Shown piece after piece: positions 15,854 to 24,347 of a DNA stretch of 32,000 nt; the stretch's first letter is position 1; the number at the start of each line of letters is the position of its first letter. Source of the stretch: Microcystis aeruginosa NIES-843 (lineage in GTDB: Bacteria > Cyanobacteriota > Cyanobacteriia > Cyanobacteriales > Microcystaceae); the NCBI RefSeq assembly GCF_000010625.1, contig NC_010296.1, positions 3,840,001 to 3,872,000 on the forward strand. The letters are read 5' to 3'. The notes under the pieces were generated by a model. That model was not told the DNA's origin. It saw only the letters and a list, made by a program, of their open reading frames with translations, and did not search any database. Position numbers and translations under genes: made by a program.

Positions 15854-17515
15854 CTAAAATGTCGGATGAATGCCCCCGCTAAATTTTTCGACAAGACATC
15901 AACCTTTGCGGGGGATGAAATCCGACCAAGATATTAACTGCGAAGCACGATTTTAATACTACCATTTGTAGGTAAACTGTGTTATATTTAATTTATCCAG
16001 GGTCGAAGATTAATCAATGCTAGTCGTAGAAGCGAAGCTAAAAAACGGGACACCAGAGCAATATCACCGGCTTGATGAAGCTATCAAAACTTCTCAGTTT
16101 GTGCGTAACTCTTGTGTTCGTTATTGGCGGTCCAATAAGGGGACAACCCGTAATGATCTCCAAAAACTTTGCTCGGTACTAGCTAACAATAAAGAGACAC
16201 CATGGGTTAATAAATTAAACTCACAAGCACGTCAATCGGCTGCTGATAGAGCCTGGCAATCAATTAGTCGGTTTTACCAGAATTGTCATGCTAAGATACT
16301 TGGGAAAAAGGGTTTTCCTCGGTTCAAAAAGCATAGTCGTTCGGTTGAATACAAACTAACAGGCTACAAACTATCTGATGATCGACGTAAAATCAGATTT
16401 ACCGATGGCTTTAAAGCAGGAGAATTTGATTTATGGTGTAGTCAAAAGACCTTAGTTTATTATTCAGAGCAACAGATTAAACGGGTAAGAGTTGTTAGAC
16501 GTGCTGATGGCTATTATTGTCAGTTTCTCGTGGCTGTAGAACGGCAAGAATACCATAAACCAACGGGACAAATAACAGGAATTGACTTAGGTTTAAAAGA
16601 GTTTTATACTGACGCTCAAGGTAATACTGTAGAGAATCCCCGTTATTTAAGAAAGTCAGAAAAACGACTGAAAAAAGCACAAAGGAGATTATCAAAACGA
16701 TTTCGTCAAGGAAACAAACAGTCTAACAACTATCACAAGCAACGGATAAAAGTAGCTAGGCTTCATCTTAAAGTATCAAGACAACGTAAAGACAAAGCAA
16801 TTAAAGACGCTTTGGCGTTAGTCCAGTCTAATGATCTGGTAGTTTATGAAGCTTTAAAGGTAAGAAACTTAGTCAAAAACCGTAAGCTGTCTAAGTCGAT
16901 TTCTGATGCTTCTTGGTATCAATTCACTGAATGGTTGAATTATTTTGCCAAGATTTATCGGATTGTTTGTGTTGCTGTTCCTCCCCATTTCACTAGCCAA
17001 GATTGTTCAGTTTGTGGGACGAGAGTTCAAAAAACATTAAGCACTAGAAATCATCAATGTCCTAACTGTAAAACAGTCTTAGATAGGGATCATAATGCAG
17101 CAATCAACATTCTTAAAAAAGGGTTGAAATATTTGGGAAATCATCTCAACGGTACTGTTGGGCAAACAGAAACCGACCCAAACGCCTTGGGAGAGTCCGG
17201 CCTCTGGATTTTCAGTGGAGACATTGAGAATCTAAGCTGTCTCGTTGAACAAGGAATTTCGGCTCTTCGGTAATTGTTATGCAATGGACGGGGGTTATAA
17301 GGGATGGAACCCTTATATAGAAAGGCATTTAGCGATTTTTGTCAATTGTTTTTTATCTAGAGCGAACTAATCAATTAAGTCTCTTGCCAGATAAGGATTT
17401 AGTCGATTTATGCCCCCCTATCGAACCATACCAAGTAACGAAGAACCGGAATTTCCGATAGTGATAGGTCAAGAATCCCCCGTCACAGCGTAGCTTGACG
17501 GTGGGAGTATGTCAA
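15854..17515 (+). mobile_element. TnpB-only IS200/IS605-family element (IS1341-like; no tnpA)
   Basis: TTAC (15850-15853) lies immediately 5' of the proposed left end. The inner left-end (LE) stem cccccgc starts exactly 19 nt later. The right end (RE) is a hairpin, then 10 nt, ending GTCAA at 17515, the same geometry as IS608 (TTAC target, TCAA right end). Deleting 15854-17515 in silico restores a clean gene end. Confidence 0.6.
16017..17273 (+). CDS. tnpB: RNA-guided endonuclease TnpB (IS200/IS605 OrfB), apparently intact
   Basis: RuvC-like triad contexts are 'TGIDLGLKEF' (D), 'VVYEALKVRNL' (E) and 'DRDHNAAINI' (D). The Zn ribbon is 'CSVCG...HQCPNC'. The N-terminus 'MLVVEAKLK..PEQY..LDEAI' is typical. 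Confidence 0.9.
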   Translation: MLVVEAKLKNGTPEQYHRLDEAIKTSQFVRNSCVRYWRSNKGTTRNDLQKLCSVLANNKETPWVNKLNSQARQSAADRAWQSISRFYQNCHAKILGKKGFPRFKKHSRSVEYKLTGYKLSDDRRKIRFTDGFKAGEFDLWCSQKTLVYYSEQQIKRVRVVRRADGYYCQFLVAVERQEYHKPTGQITGIDLGLKEFYTDAQGNTVENPRYLRKSEKRLKKAQRRLSKRFRQGNKQSNNYHKQRIKVARLHLKVSRQRKDKAIKDALALVQSNDLVVYEALKVRNLVKNRKLSKSISDASWYQFTEWLNYFAKIYRIVCVAVPPHFTSQDCSVCGTRVQKTLSTRNHQCPNCKTVLDRDHNAAINILKKGLKYLGNHLNGTVGQTETDPNALGESGLWIFSGDIENLSCLVEQGISALR

Positions 17516-17535
17516 ATTTTGCTGAGAATACGCTG
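17466..17535 (+). ncRNA. Predicted 3' terminal module of the TnpB omega-RNA plus guide segment
   Basis: The terminal hairpin cccccgtca..tgacggtggg plus agtatgtcaa ends the element at 17515. The following attttgctgagaatacgctg (17516-17535) would be the guide. About 240 nt lie between the tnpB stop and this module and may contain a nested insertion, so the full scaffold is not delimited. Confidence 0.35.
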
Positions 17536-17982
17536 GACTATATCCATTCCTGTGAAGGCTTGCCAGCCAAAAAGACCTAAAATGACGGCATTAAGGGTAA
17601 TATGGGTGATTCTGGCCAATTCATTGCCTTTTTGCATTAAAGGTACTAAAGCGGCACTGATCGAGATTAAACCCACCATCCCTAAACCCGCCAGCAGATG
17701 GGGACCGACAAATAATTTACCGTTATTAATATAAGTCACCGCCATACCCCCGATCGTCCCCAAGACCATTAAAGCGAGGATTAGGGAGCCAATTTGATAG
17801 TGTTTAGTGCGAAAATCCTTGGGCAATAATTCTTTTTTTAGGTCTTTATCTGCTGTACGCGTCCGTCGCCATTGTAGCCCCGAATAGAGGGCATAGATAG
17901 TTAATCCTAATAAAACCCACATGAGAATGGGATGGCCAAATTGTGACCAAGTTTTTACGGCACTGGGAATCTCGAAGTTCAT
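17512..17982 (-). CDS. DUF4079 family membrane protein
   Basis: This 156-codon ORF has 4 hydrophobic helices. 'HYQIGSLILALMVLGTIGG' and 'GPHLLAGLGMVGL' resemble the cyanobacterial/plastid DUF4079 family (from memory). The stop codon TGA is the complement of 17512-17514 and lies inside the IS right end. Confidence 0.7.
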   Translation of the reverse strand: MNFEIPSAVKTWSQFGHPILMWVLLGLTIYALYSGLQWRRTRTADKDLKKELLPKDFRTKHYQIGSLILALMVLGTIGGMAVTYINNGKLFVGPHLLAGLGMVGLISISAALVPLMQKGNELARITHITLNAVILGLFGWQAFTGMDIVQRILSKI

Positions 17983-18185
17983 AGTTGTCTGTTCTCATCA
18001 AAGATCGCTTCTTAATAAAAATTAACATGAATCGCTCACTCTTCCTTATTTTTCGGGTGATTATACTTGTCAGACTAGATCAGCAAGATAGCTCACCATC
18101 ACCACTACTCGCCACTCCCCGCTCTCCTATAGCTTTTAAACAGGATTTAGTAAGAATAATGCCAGAAGCGGCAAAACTAAGGGTT

Positions 18186-19043
18186 TCAACCTAGACGCAG
18201 TTTAGTGATAATTCTTTGACAATAGAGTTGAATTCCTTGCAGCTTGGCTAGGGAGAATTTTGGTTTAATGGGAAGGATCAGTAAAGACATAAAACTCATC
18301 CGCAGCAAGCGATAAACAAGGATAGTTAAAGTCGTATGTTTTTCGAGACTGAGAAGATAACTATAGATATTATGAGTTAGTCTTAGATAACCATAGCGAC
18401 GGGTGATAGAAGATGGTTCATGAATGATTTTAATCTGATTGGTAACAACGACTAAATAGCCTTGATTTGCGTATCTTCGGGAAAAATCAAAGTCTTCGTA
18501 GTAGAGAAAGTAATCGGGATCAAAATGGGGACAAGTGGAAAAATTCGAGAAATTAATTAATAAACTGCATCCCGTCACCCAGTCAGGAATAAGATAGGGT
18601 TTATCTCCATAGTCTAAGGATTCCTCCACCACGTTAATTGTGCCGATTTTAGCATTAAATTTTCCCCAACCAAACCAGATTTTACCATCCGGTTCGTAAA
18701 TTTCTGTACCGGCGATGGCAACTTCCGGATATTGCTGAAAAAATTTGCTTGCTTTCTCCAGAGAGTCCGGTAATAAGTAAGCGTCAGGATTAACTAACCA
18801 AACGATAGCTTCTCTGTCTTGTTGATAAATCCAATCAAGTCCCAGATTACATCCTTTCCCAAATCCTAAATTTTCCCCCGCTTCAATAATCTTGACTCTT
18901 TGCGCTGCTAAAGATTGGATATTTTTATCTTCAGTGGAATTGTTAACAATGATGAGAGTAGCAGATAAGTCATCGTCGAGGGAAGCGATTAAACGCTTAA
19001 TTAATTCCGCGCAATTGTAGTTAACGGTCAATAGATAAATCAT
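18186..19043 (-). CDS. Glycosyltransferase family 2 protein (rhamnosyltransferase-like)
   Basis: Motifs are 'LLTVNYNCAELIKRLIASL', 'IIVNNS', 'GENLGFGKGCNLG' and 'WLVNPDAYL'. Confidence 0.85.
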   Translation of the reverse strand: MIYLLTVNYNCAELIKRLIASLDDDLSATLIIVNNSTEDKNIQSLAAQRVKIIEAGENLGFGKGCNLGLDWIYQQDREAIVWLVNPDAYLLPDSLEKASKFFQQYPEVAIAGTEIYEPDGKIWFGWGKFNAKIGTINVVEESLDYGDKPYLIPDWVTGCSLLINFSNFSTCPHFDPDYFLYYEDFDFSRRYANQGYLVVVTNQIKIIHEPSSITRRYGYLRLTHNIYSYLLSLEKHTTLTILVYRLLRMSFMSLLILPIKPKFSLAKLQGIQLYCQRIITKLRLG

Positions 19044-19063
19044 TACAGATAAAAGGTAGAGAA

Positions 19064-20668
19064 TTACTTTTTCTGAAGACGACAGAGATTAAATTTTTCG
19101 ATTTTGGTGGGAAAGGGTTGACAACTTTGTAAATCAATAACGAGATTTTCCTTCGCTAAATCCCCCACTATATCAGGGGATTTTTTATTAAAGTCCGTCT
19201 GGAGAATGTAGAGAGATTCTGGGGGAGTATTAGCAATAAATGTCTCGGCATTTTTTCGCATTAAAGTTCCCTCACTGACTCCAGTATTGCCTTTGAGTCT
19301 CACAAAACGAGTCGAAGCGGGAAAATAAGGGACGATAAAAGATGTTCCTTCATCTCCCCAGATAACAATCGTGGAATTTTCGTAGGGTTTTAATGCTTGA
19401 CTATCGATACCAAAATAATGATCTGACCATCCCATTCTCCACCAATCCATCGGTTTAACCGTAGTGACAATTAAGGAAAATATTACCAAATTTATGATTA
19501 ATAATGGTTTCTTGCGAGGATAAAGATAGGCAATAATCAAAATAATTAAAGTGGGAGTGATTAATTCTAATGGCATTAGATAACGATAGATAGAAAATCC
19601 CACTAACCAAATAGAGTAAGCGGTCAGAGAAAAAGGCAGTAAAAACCCTAAAACTGCACCGTGGGTTAAGTCAGGTTCAGAAGATAGATTGCGCTTAGAA
19701 ATAGCACGAAAAATAATCACTACTATTAGTAAAATTATCAATAAATAGGTTATAGCTAATCGGCTATCTTGGAAAGGAACCTCAGATACAAGAGTTTGTC
19801 TCTGGATAAAATAAATAGGATAAAACAACCATTGCCAGATATCTTTAGGCAAATATTGTATCCCTTTAAAATTGTAGTCGGTTTCGATATAAGGAGATTG
19901 AAAGATTTTATTATAGAAGGGAAAAAGAGGATTAGCAAACTTTGTCCACATTAGGATTATCCAATAACCAGCAGTGAGACTAAAACCCACGGCCATTGAG
20001 AGAATTGATAGGAGTAAATTGCGTAATTTGTCTGACCAAGAATTAGGTAAAAAATTAATGGCTACCAAAAAGCTAATACCATATAAAGCATTGGTTAATT
20101 TAAACCCCGTTGCTAATCCTAATAAGAATCCAGCTAAAAGAATATTTTTAGAGGGAATTGGCAGATTTTTCCCTAAACTACTAACTATAAAAAATAATCC
20201 TCCCAGAACGAAAACACTGGTGGTATTATCACCAATACTGGTTCCTAACTCCGAGATATAGGCTGCTCCAAAAATACTGGTAATCGCTGCCGCTATACTT
20301 AGAGTTATCCGGTATCTTTCGGAAACTTTATCGAGGGAATGATAGGTAATTAGGTGAACTAACCATTGATTTAACCCGTGAAATCCTCCCATTAAAAACC
20401 CCACGACAATCGGAGGCAGTTTCAGATAATAAACAGCGACGAAAAAGGGAACATCAATCAGGGGATTAAAAAAAGTTTGTATCTGTGCGGGTAGGACATC
20501 ATACTTAAACCTTCCTGTCAATAACATATAGGGATTATAAAAATGATAGTTTCGTAAATCCCAACTAACATCTTGACCTAAAATAACCGAGATAATTCCC
20601 AAAGCAACAAAGTAGATAATTGCCCAAAATAAGGGATGAGAAAGTGGAAAACGTTTCAGGGTTGTCAT
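19064..20668 (-). CDS. Polytopic membrane protein, putative GT-C-fold lipid-linked-sugar glycosyltransferase (paralog A)
   Basis: The 534-codon ORF has at least 10 predicted TM segments. Acidic/aromatic residues follow TM1 ('GQDVSWDLRNYHFYNPY'), reminiscent of the GT87/DUF2029 'DLxxY' loop. A soluble C-terminal domain of about 125 aa is present. Family assignment is tentative. Confidence 0.55.
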   Translation of the reverse strand: MTTLKRFPLSHPLFWAIIYFVALGIISVILGQDVSWDLRNYHFYNPYMLLTGRFKYDVLPAQIQTFFNPLIDVPFFVAVYYLKLPPIVVGFLMGGFHGLNQWLVHLITYHSLDKVSERYRITLSIAAAITSIFGAAYISELGTSIGDNTTSVFVLGGLFFIVSSLGKNLPIPSKNILLAGFLLGLATGFKLTNALYGISFLVAINFLPNSWSDKLRNLLLSILSMAVGFSLTAGYWIILMWTKFANPLFPFYNKIFQSPYIETDYNFKGIQYLPKDIWQWLFYPIYFIQRQTLVSEVPFQDSRLAITYLLIILLIVVIIFRAISKRNLSSEPDLTHGAVLGFLLPFSLTAYSIWLVGFSIYRYLMPLELITPTLIILIIAYLYPRKKPLLIINLVIFSLIVTTVKPMDWWRMGWSDHYFGIDSQALKPYENSTIVIWGDEGTSFIVPYFPASTRFVRLKGNTGVSEGTLMRKNAETFIANTPPESLYILQTDFNKKSPDIVGDLAKENLVIDLQSCQPFPTKIEKFNLCRLQKK

Positions 20669-20695
20669 AATTTATTACCTAGTTTTATCAAGTAT

Positions 20696-22318
20696 TTAAG
20701 GTGAAATTTTTCTGAGTTTACAGATTGAGTATTTTTCAATAGCATTTATAAAAGGTTGACAATTATTGCGATCAATAACAAGGTTACGAAATTCTAAAGC
20801 TGCTTGCTTAGATTTTTCCCTATCTGATTCTTTTAGTTCAAAATTGACCTCTAGTAAATACAGCGATGATTCGGGAGTTTTATCGATAATCTCTTCTGCT
20901 ATTTTACTCATCTTGGTATGAGGACTTAACCCAAAATTACCGGTAATCCGCAGGAAGCGAGTATTACTAGGAAAATAGGGAACCACATAGCCGACCGGTT
21001 CTCCCCCCCAGAGAACAATTACATCATCTTGATATTGTACCAAAGCTTGTCTATCAATACTAAAATAGTTATCCGACCAAGGAATTCGCCACCAATCTAG
21101 GGGTTTAACAGTAGCTAAAATTAAAACAAAAATCCCTAGACTTACTAAGAATACTGGTTTTCTCTTAGGATAGAAATAGGCAACAATTAAGATAATTAAA
21201 ATGGGAGTAATTAACTCTAAAACTATGAGATAGCGATAGATAGAAAATTTAATTAACCAAATGGAGTAAGCGCTCAAATAAAAGGGTAGTAAAAAGCTTA
21301 AAATTGAGGTATAAATTAGGTTATTTCCAGGAAAAATTAATTTTTTGTTACCATAGCGATAAAGAATAAAACCCAGCAATATTACTATGAGAATATAAGC
21401 GATTGCAAAGCGAGATTCTTTAAATTTAAGTTCAGCTACTAAGGTTTGTTCTTGAGCAAAATAAAAAGGGTAAAATAACCATTGCCAAATGTCTCTAGGC
21501 AAAAATCGCAGGTCTTGTAAATTGACATCGGTTTCGATATAAGGAGATTGAAAGATTTTATTATAGAAGGGAAAAAGAGGATTAGCAAACTTTGTCCACA
21601 TTAGGATAATCCAATAACCAGCAGTGAGACTAAAACCCACGGCCATTGAGAGAATTGATAGGATTAAATTGCGTAACTTTTCTGACCAAGAATTAGGTAA
21701 AAAATTAATGGCTACCAAAAAGCTAATACCATATAAAGCATTGGTTAATTTAAACCCCGTTGCTAATCCTAATAAGAATCCAGCTAAAAGAATATTTTTA
21801 GAGGGAATTGGCAGATTTTTCCCTAAACTACTAACTATAAAAAATAATCCTCCCAGAACGAAAACACTGGTGGTATTATCACCAATACTGGTTCCTAACT
21901 CCGAGATATAGGCTGCTCCAAAAATACTGGTAATCGCTGCCGCTATACTTAGAGTTATCTTGTATCTTTCGGAAACTTTATCGAGGGAATGATAGGTAAT
22001 TAGGTGAACTAACCATTGATTTAACCCGTGCAATCCTCCCATTAAAAACCCCACGACAATCGGAGGCAGTTTCAGATAATAAACAGCGACGAAAAAGGGA
22101 ACATCAATCAGGGGATTAAAAAAAGTTTGTATCTGTGCGGGTAGGACATCATACTTAAACCTTCCTGTCAATAACATATAGGGATTATAAAAATGATAGT
22201 TTCGTAAATCCCAACTAACATCTTGACCTAAAATAACCGAGATAATTCCCAAAGCAACAAAGTAGATAATTGCCCAAAATAAGGGATGAGAAAGTGGAAA
22301 ACGTTTGAGGATTGTCAT
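20696..22318 (-). CDS. Polytopic membrane protein, putative GT-C-fold glycosyltransferase (paralog B)
   Basis: This 540-codon ORF is a tandem paralog of 19064-20668. The first 265 codons or so are nearly identical and the remainder is clearly diverged. Confidence 0.55.
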   Translation of the reverse strand: MTILKRFPLSHPLFWAIIYFVALGIISVILGQDVSWDLRNYHFYNPYMLLTGRFKYDVLPAQIQTFFNPLIDVPFFVAVYYLKLPPIVVGFLMGGLHGLNQWLVHLITYHSLDKVSERYKITLSIAAAITSIFGAAYISELGTSIGDNTTSVFVLGGLFFIVSSLGKNLPIPSKNILLAGFLLGLATGFKLTNALYGISFLVAINFLPNSWSEKLRNLILSILSMAVGFSLTAGYWIILMWTKFANPLFPFYNKIFQSPYIETDVNLQDLRFLPRDIWQWLFYPFYFAQEQTLVAELKFKESRFAIAYILIVILLGFILYRYGNKKLIFPGNNLIYTSILSFLLPFYLSAYSIWLIKFSIYRYLIVLELITPILIILIVAYFYPKRKPVFLVSLGIFVLILATVKPLDWWRIPWSDNYFSIDRQALVQYQDDVIVLWGGEPVGYVVPYFPSNTRFLRITGNFGLSPHTKMSKIAEEIIDKTPESSLYLLEVNFELKESDREKSKQAALEFRNLVIDRNNCQPFINAIEKYSICKLRKISP

Positions 22319-22357
22319 AATTAGAAAATTAAGATTTATTTGTTTAGTTTTACTAGC

Positions 22358-23728
22358 TTAACTTGGCAATTTATAGTTAAGGATGAGATTAAGATTACCT
22401 AGTAACAATCCCCAAAAGACAATCAGCATGATTATCTTGACAAAATTAGTTAAAATTTTCGATTTTTTCTCGGTTAAATCATTAAAGAAAAATCCCCCTA
22501 AAGTAATTGCCGTTCCGATAATAAAGTAATATCTACCGTAAGGGGAACTCAAAACCCAATCCTTAATATTTAAATTCACCGACCAAACGACAAGAAAAAT
22601 AAAGATAGTGGCAGCACTGATAAAATCAGAGTTTTTACGAAAATCGTCTAAGAATATACCAAGCACTAGAAAGAGAAATCCATAGTAAGGAATTACATAC
22701 CAAGCATAGTAATGGCTTTGAGCGCCAGAAAAAATAAGAAGAATTGTATAGATTAATATAGGAAAAATAACTAATCGTATTTTAGATATTTTTAAAGGAA
22801 ATCTGGAAACTAACAGTAGAGTGATCCAACTAAAAATTAACCAACCATCCTCAAAAAAAACTGTAGGTAAAACTAGATTTTTTAACATAGCAAAATCCGT
22901 AAAGCGATTTTTATGTTCTTGGAGAGTAGTTAAAAACCAACTAAAATCATAAAACCAACCGTAAAGGTAATACAAACCAAAGGATAAAACTGCCGTCAGA
23001 GAAGCGATTAAGCTATCTCGCCAATTTTTTTGGAATAATAGTAAAGCGACTAGAGAACCTAGGATATATAATCCTGTCACCTTAACTAAAGGTGCTAAAC
23101 CACCTAGAACTATGGCCAAGTATAGATACTTTTTTTGAGACTTTTCACCGTACTGAAGGAATAAAAGTGCTACCGCTAAACTTAGACATAATAATAAATT
23201 TTCACTAACTGCTAAACGAGATAAAAAAACCGTATTGGGGTTAGTGGCAAAAATTAAAGAAGTTATAATCGCCACACCAGTATTAGTCAAGCGTAAGGCC
23301 AATAAATAAAGCAAGAAAATAGAGAGAGTGCCAAAAACTAAAGAAGGAATTCTAATTACTGTTAAACTACAGTCAAAAAATTCCTTTGCTCCCGATAAAA
23401 TAGCCGTCATACCCACAATTAATCCAAACAAGGGAGGATGATCAAACCAAGGGGTAACAAAACGATAACGAACAGCAGTTTTTTCCCAAACTGTCACCAG
23501 AAAATCATCCGTGGGACTGAGGAAAGACCAACTGGTAGGAACTCCCTCTTGAATCAAACTCATGCCACTCCAAGCAAAAGCAAATTCATCTTGAGTCCAG
23601 TTATAGGCAGGCAAGTAATCGTACTGATAATATCTTAAGATAAAACCTAATCCAGTAATTAATACACCCAGAAATAGACGGTAATCAAACTTTTCAAAAT
23701 TCTTAAATATAAAATCTCGCTGCATCAT
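22358..23728 (-). CDS. Phospholipid-carrier-dependent glycosyltransferase (GT39 / PMT_2, ArnT-like)
   Basis: 'NWTQDEFAFAWSGMSLIQEGVPTSW' and 'PWFDHPPLFGLIVG' are typical first-loop motifs of PMT_2/ArnT-like GT-C enzymes. It has about 12 TM segments. Confidence 0.75.
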   Translation of the reverse strand: MMQRDFIFKNFEKFDYRLFLGVLITGLGFILRYYQYDYLPAYNWTQDEFAFAWSGMSLIQEGVPTSWSFLSPTDDFLVTVWEKTAVRYRFVTPWFDHPPLFGLIVGMTAILSGAKEFFDCSLTVIRIPSLVFGTLSIFLLYLLALRLTNTGVAIITSLIFATNPNTVFLSRLAVSENLLLCLSLAVALLFLQYGEKSQKKYLYLAIVLGGLAPLVKVTGLYILGSLVALLLFQKNWRDSLIASLTAVLSFGLYYLYGWFYDFSWFLTTLQEHKNRFTDFAMLKNLVLPTVFFEDGWLIFSWITLLLVSRFPLKISKIRLVIFPILIYTILLIFSGAQSHYYAWYVIPYYGFLFLVLGIFLDDFRKNSDFISAATIFIFLVVWSVNLNIKDWVLSSPYGRYYFIIGTAITLGGFFFNDLTEKKSKILTNFVKIIMLIVFWGLLLGNLNLILNYKLPS

Positions 23729-23857
23729 TATTCTGAAATTGGCTCGCTATTTATCTTTTGGGGTGAACCCGTGCTATTGTAACATGGTTTGACGGTTAAA
23801 TTTTTTGACAAACCCAGATCGATTAAATACCCGATTATCTAGGTTAAGCTATCTCGA

Positions 23858-23979
23858 TAAGTAGGTGGGTGGAATTAAATATAAAATGAACGTAGGTTGG
23901 GTTGAAGCATGAAACCCAACGCCCGCATGGGTTACGCTACCGCTAACCCATCCTACAAATAATTGTGCCTACCTACTTA
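23858..23979. mobile_element. MITE (TAAGTAGGTGGGT...GCCTACCTACTTA) with internal GTTGGGTT/AACCCAAC hairpin
   Basis: Termini are taagtaggtgggt and gcctacctactta. The internal sequence gtaggttgggttgaagcatgaaacccaacg is a motif common in cyanobacterial MITEs. Confidence 0.65.
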
Positions 23980-24100
23980 GTTTCTCCTTAGTAAATTCTC
24001 AGGGATATCAAAGGGTAAACTCATCCTTATAGCCAATCCTAGGCAAGGGACTCATTTCTGGCAGAAAAGTTCCCCAGTTTCTCCCCACTAAACTATAACT

Positions 24101-24220
24101 TAAGTAGCTGGTTATAATTAAATTAAAAATGGATTTTAGGTTCGATCCCCCCTGCCCCCCTTGATAAGGGGGGTGCCGATAGGCGGGGGGATCTGACAAC
24201 TTTTAACGCCTACCTACTTA
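24101..24220. mobile_element. MITE, short copy of the 5377-5594 family (single C6/G6 hairpin module)
   Basis: The sequence taagtagctggttataattaaattaaaaatggatttt...ccccccttgataaggggggtgccgat...ttttaacgcctacctactta is colinear with 5377-5594 apart from repeat number. Confidence 0.7.
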
Positions 24221-24347
24221 AGAGATTGACATTACCATCAGCAATATGCTAAAAAACATTAGCTTGATAGCCGAGTAACAACAATTACCCCGTTAAAAAT
24301 CCCTATATTTTCCCCTAAAGCAAAAATCTTTATCCTTAGTTGCCAAC

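Noticed and set aside
19974-21911. Two identical 95-codon plus-strand ORFs (19974-20261 and 21624-21911), plus 19756-19938 and 19769-19954.
   Set aside because: They are antisense to the long GT-C-like ORFs and lie within the duplicated block, so their duplication is a by-product. They are AT-rich and low-complexity with no start context.
23880-23960. tRNA-like impression from the GTTGGGTT...AACCCAAC stem and neighbouring stems.
   Set aside because: No cloverleaf can be drawn: there is no acceptor stem and no T-loop GTTCRANYC. The sequence lies inside a MITE bounded by inverted termini.
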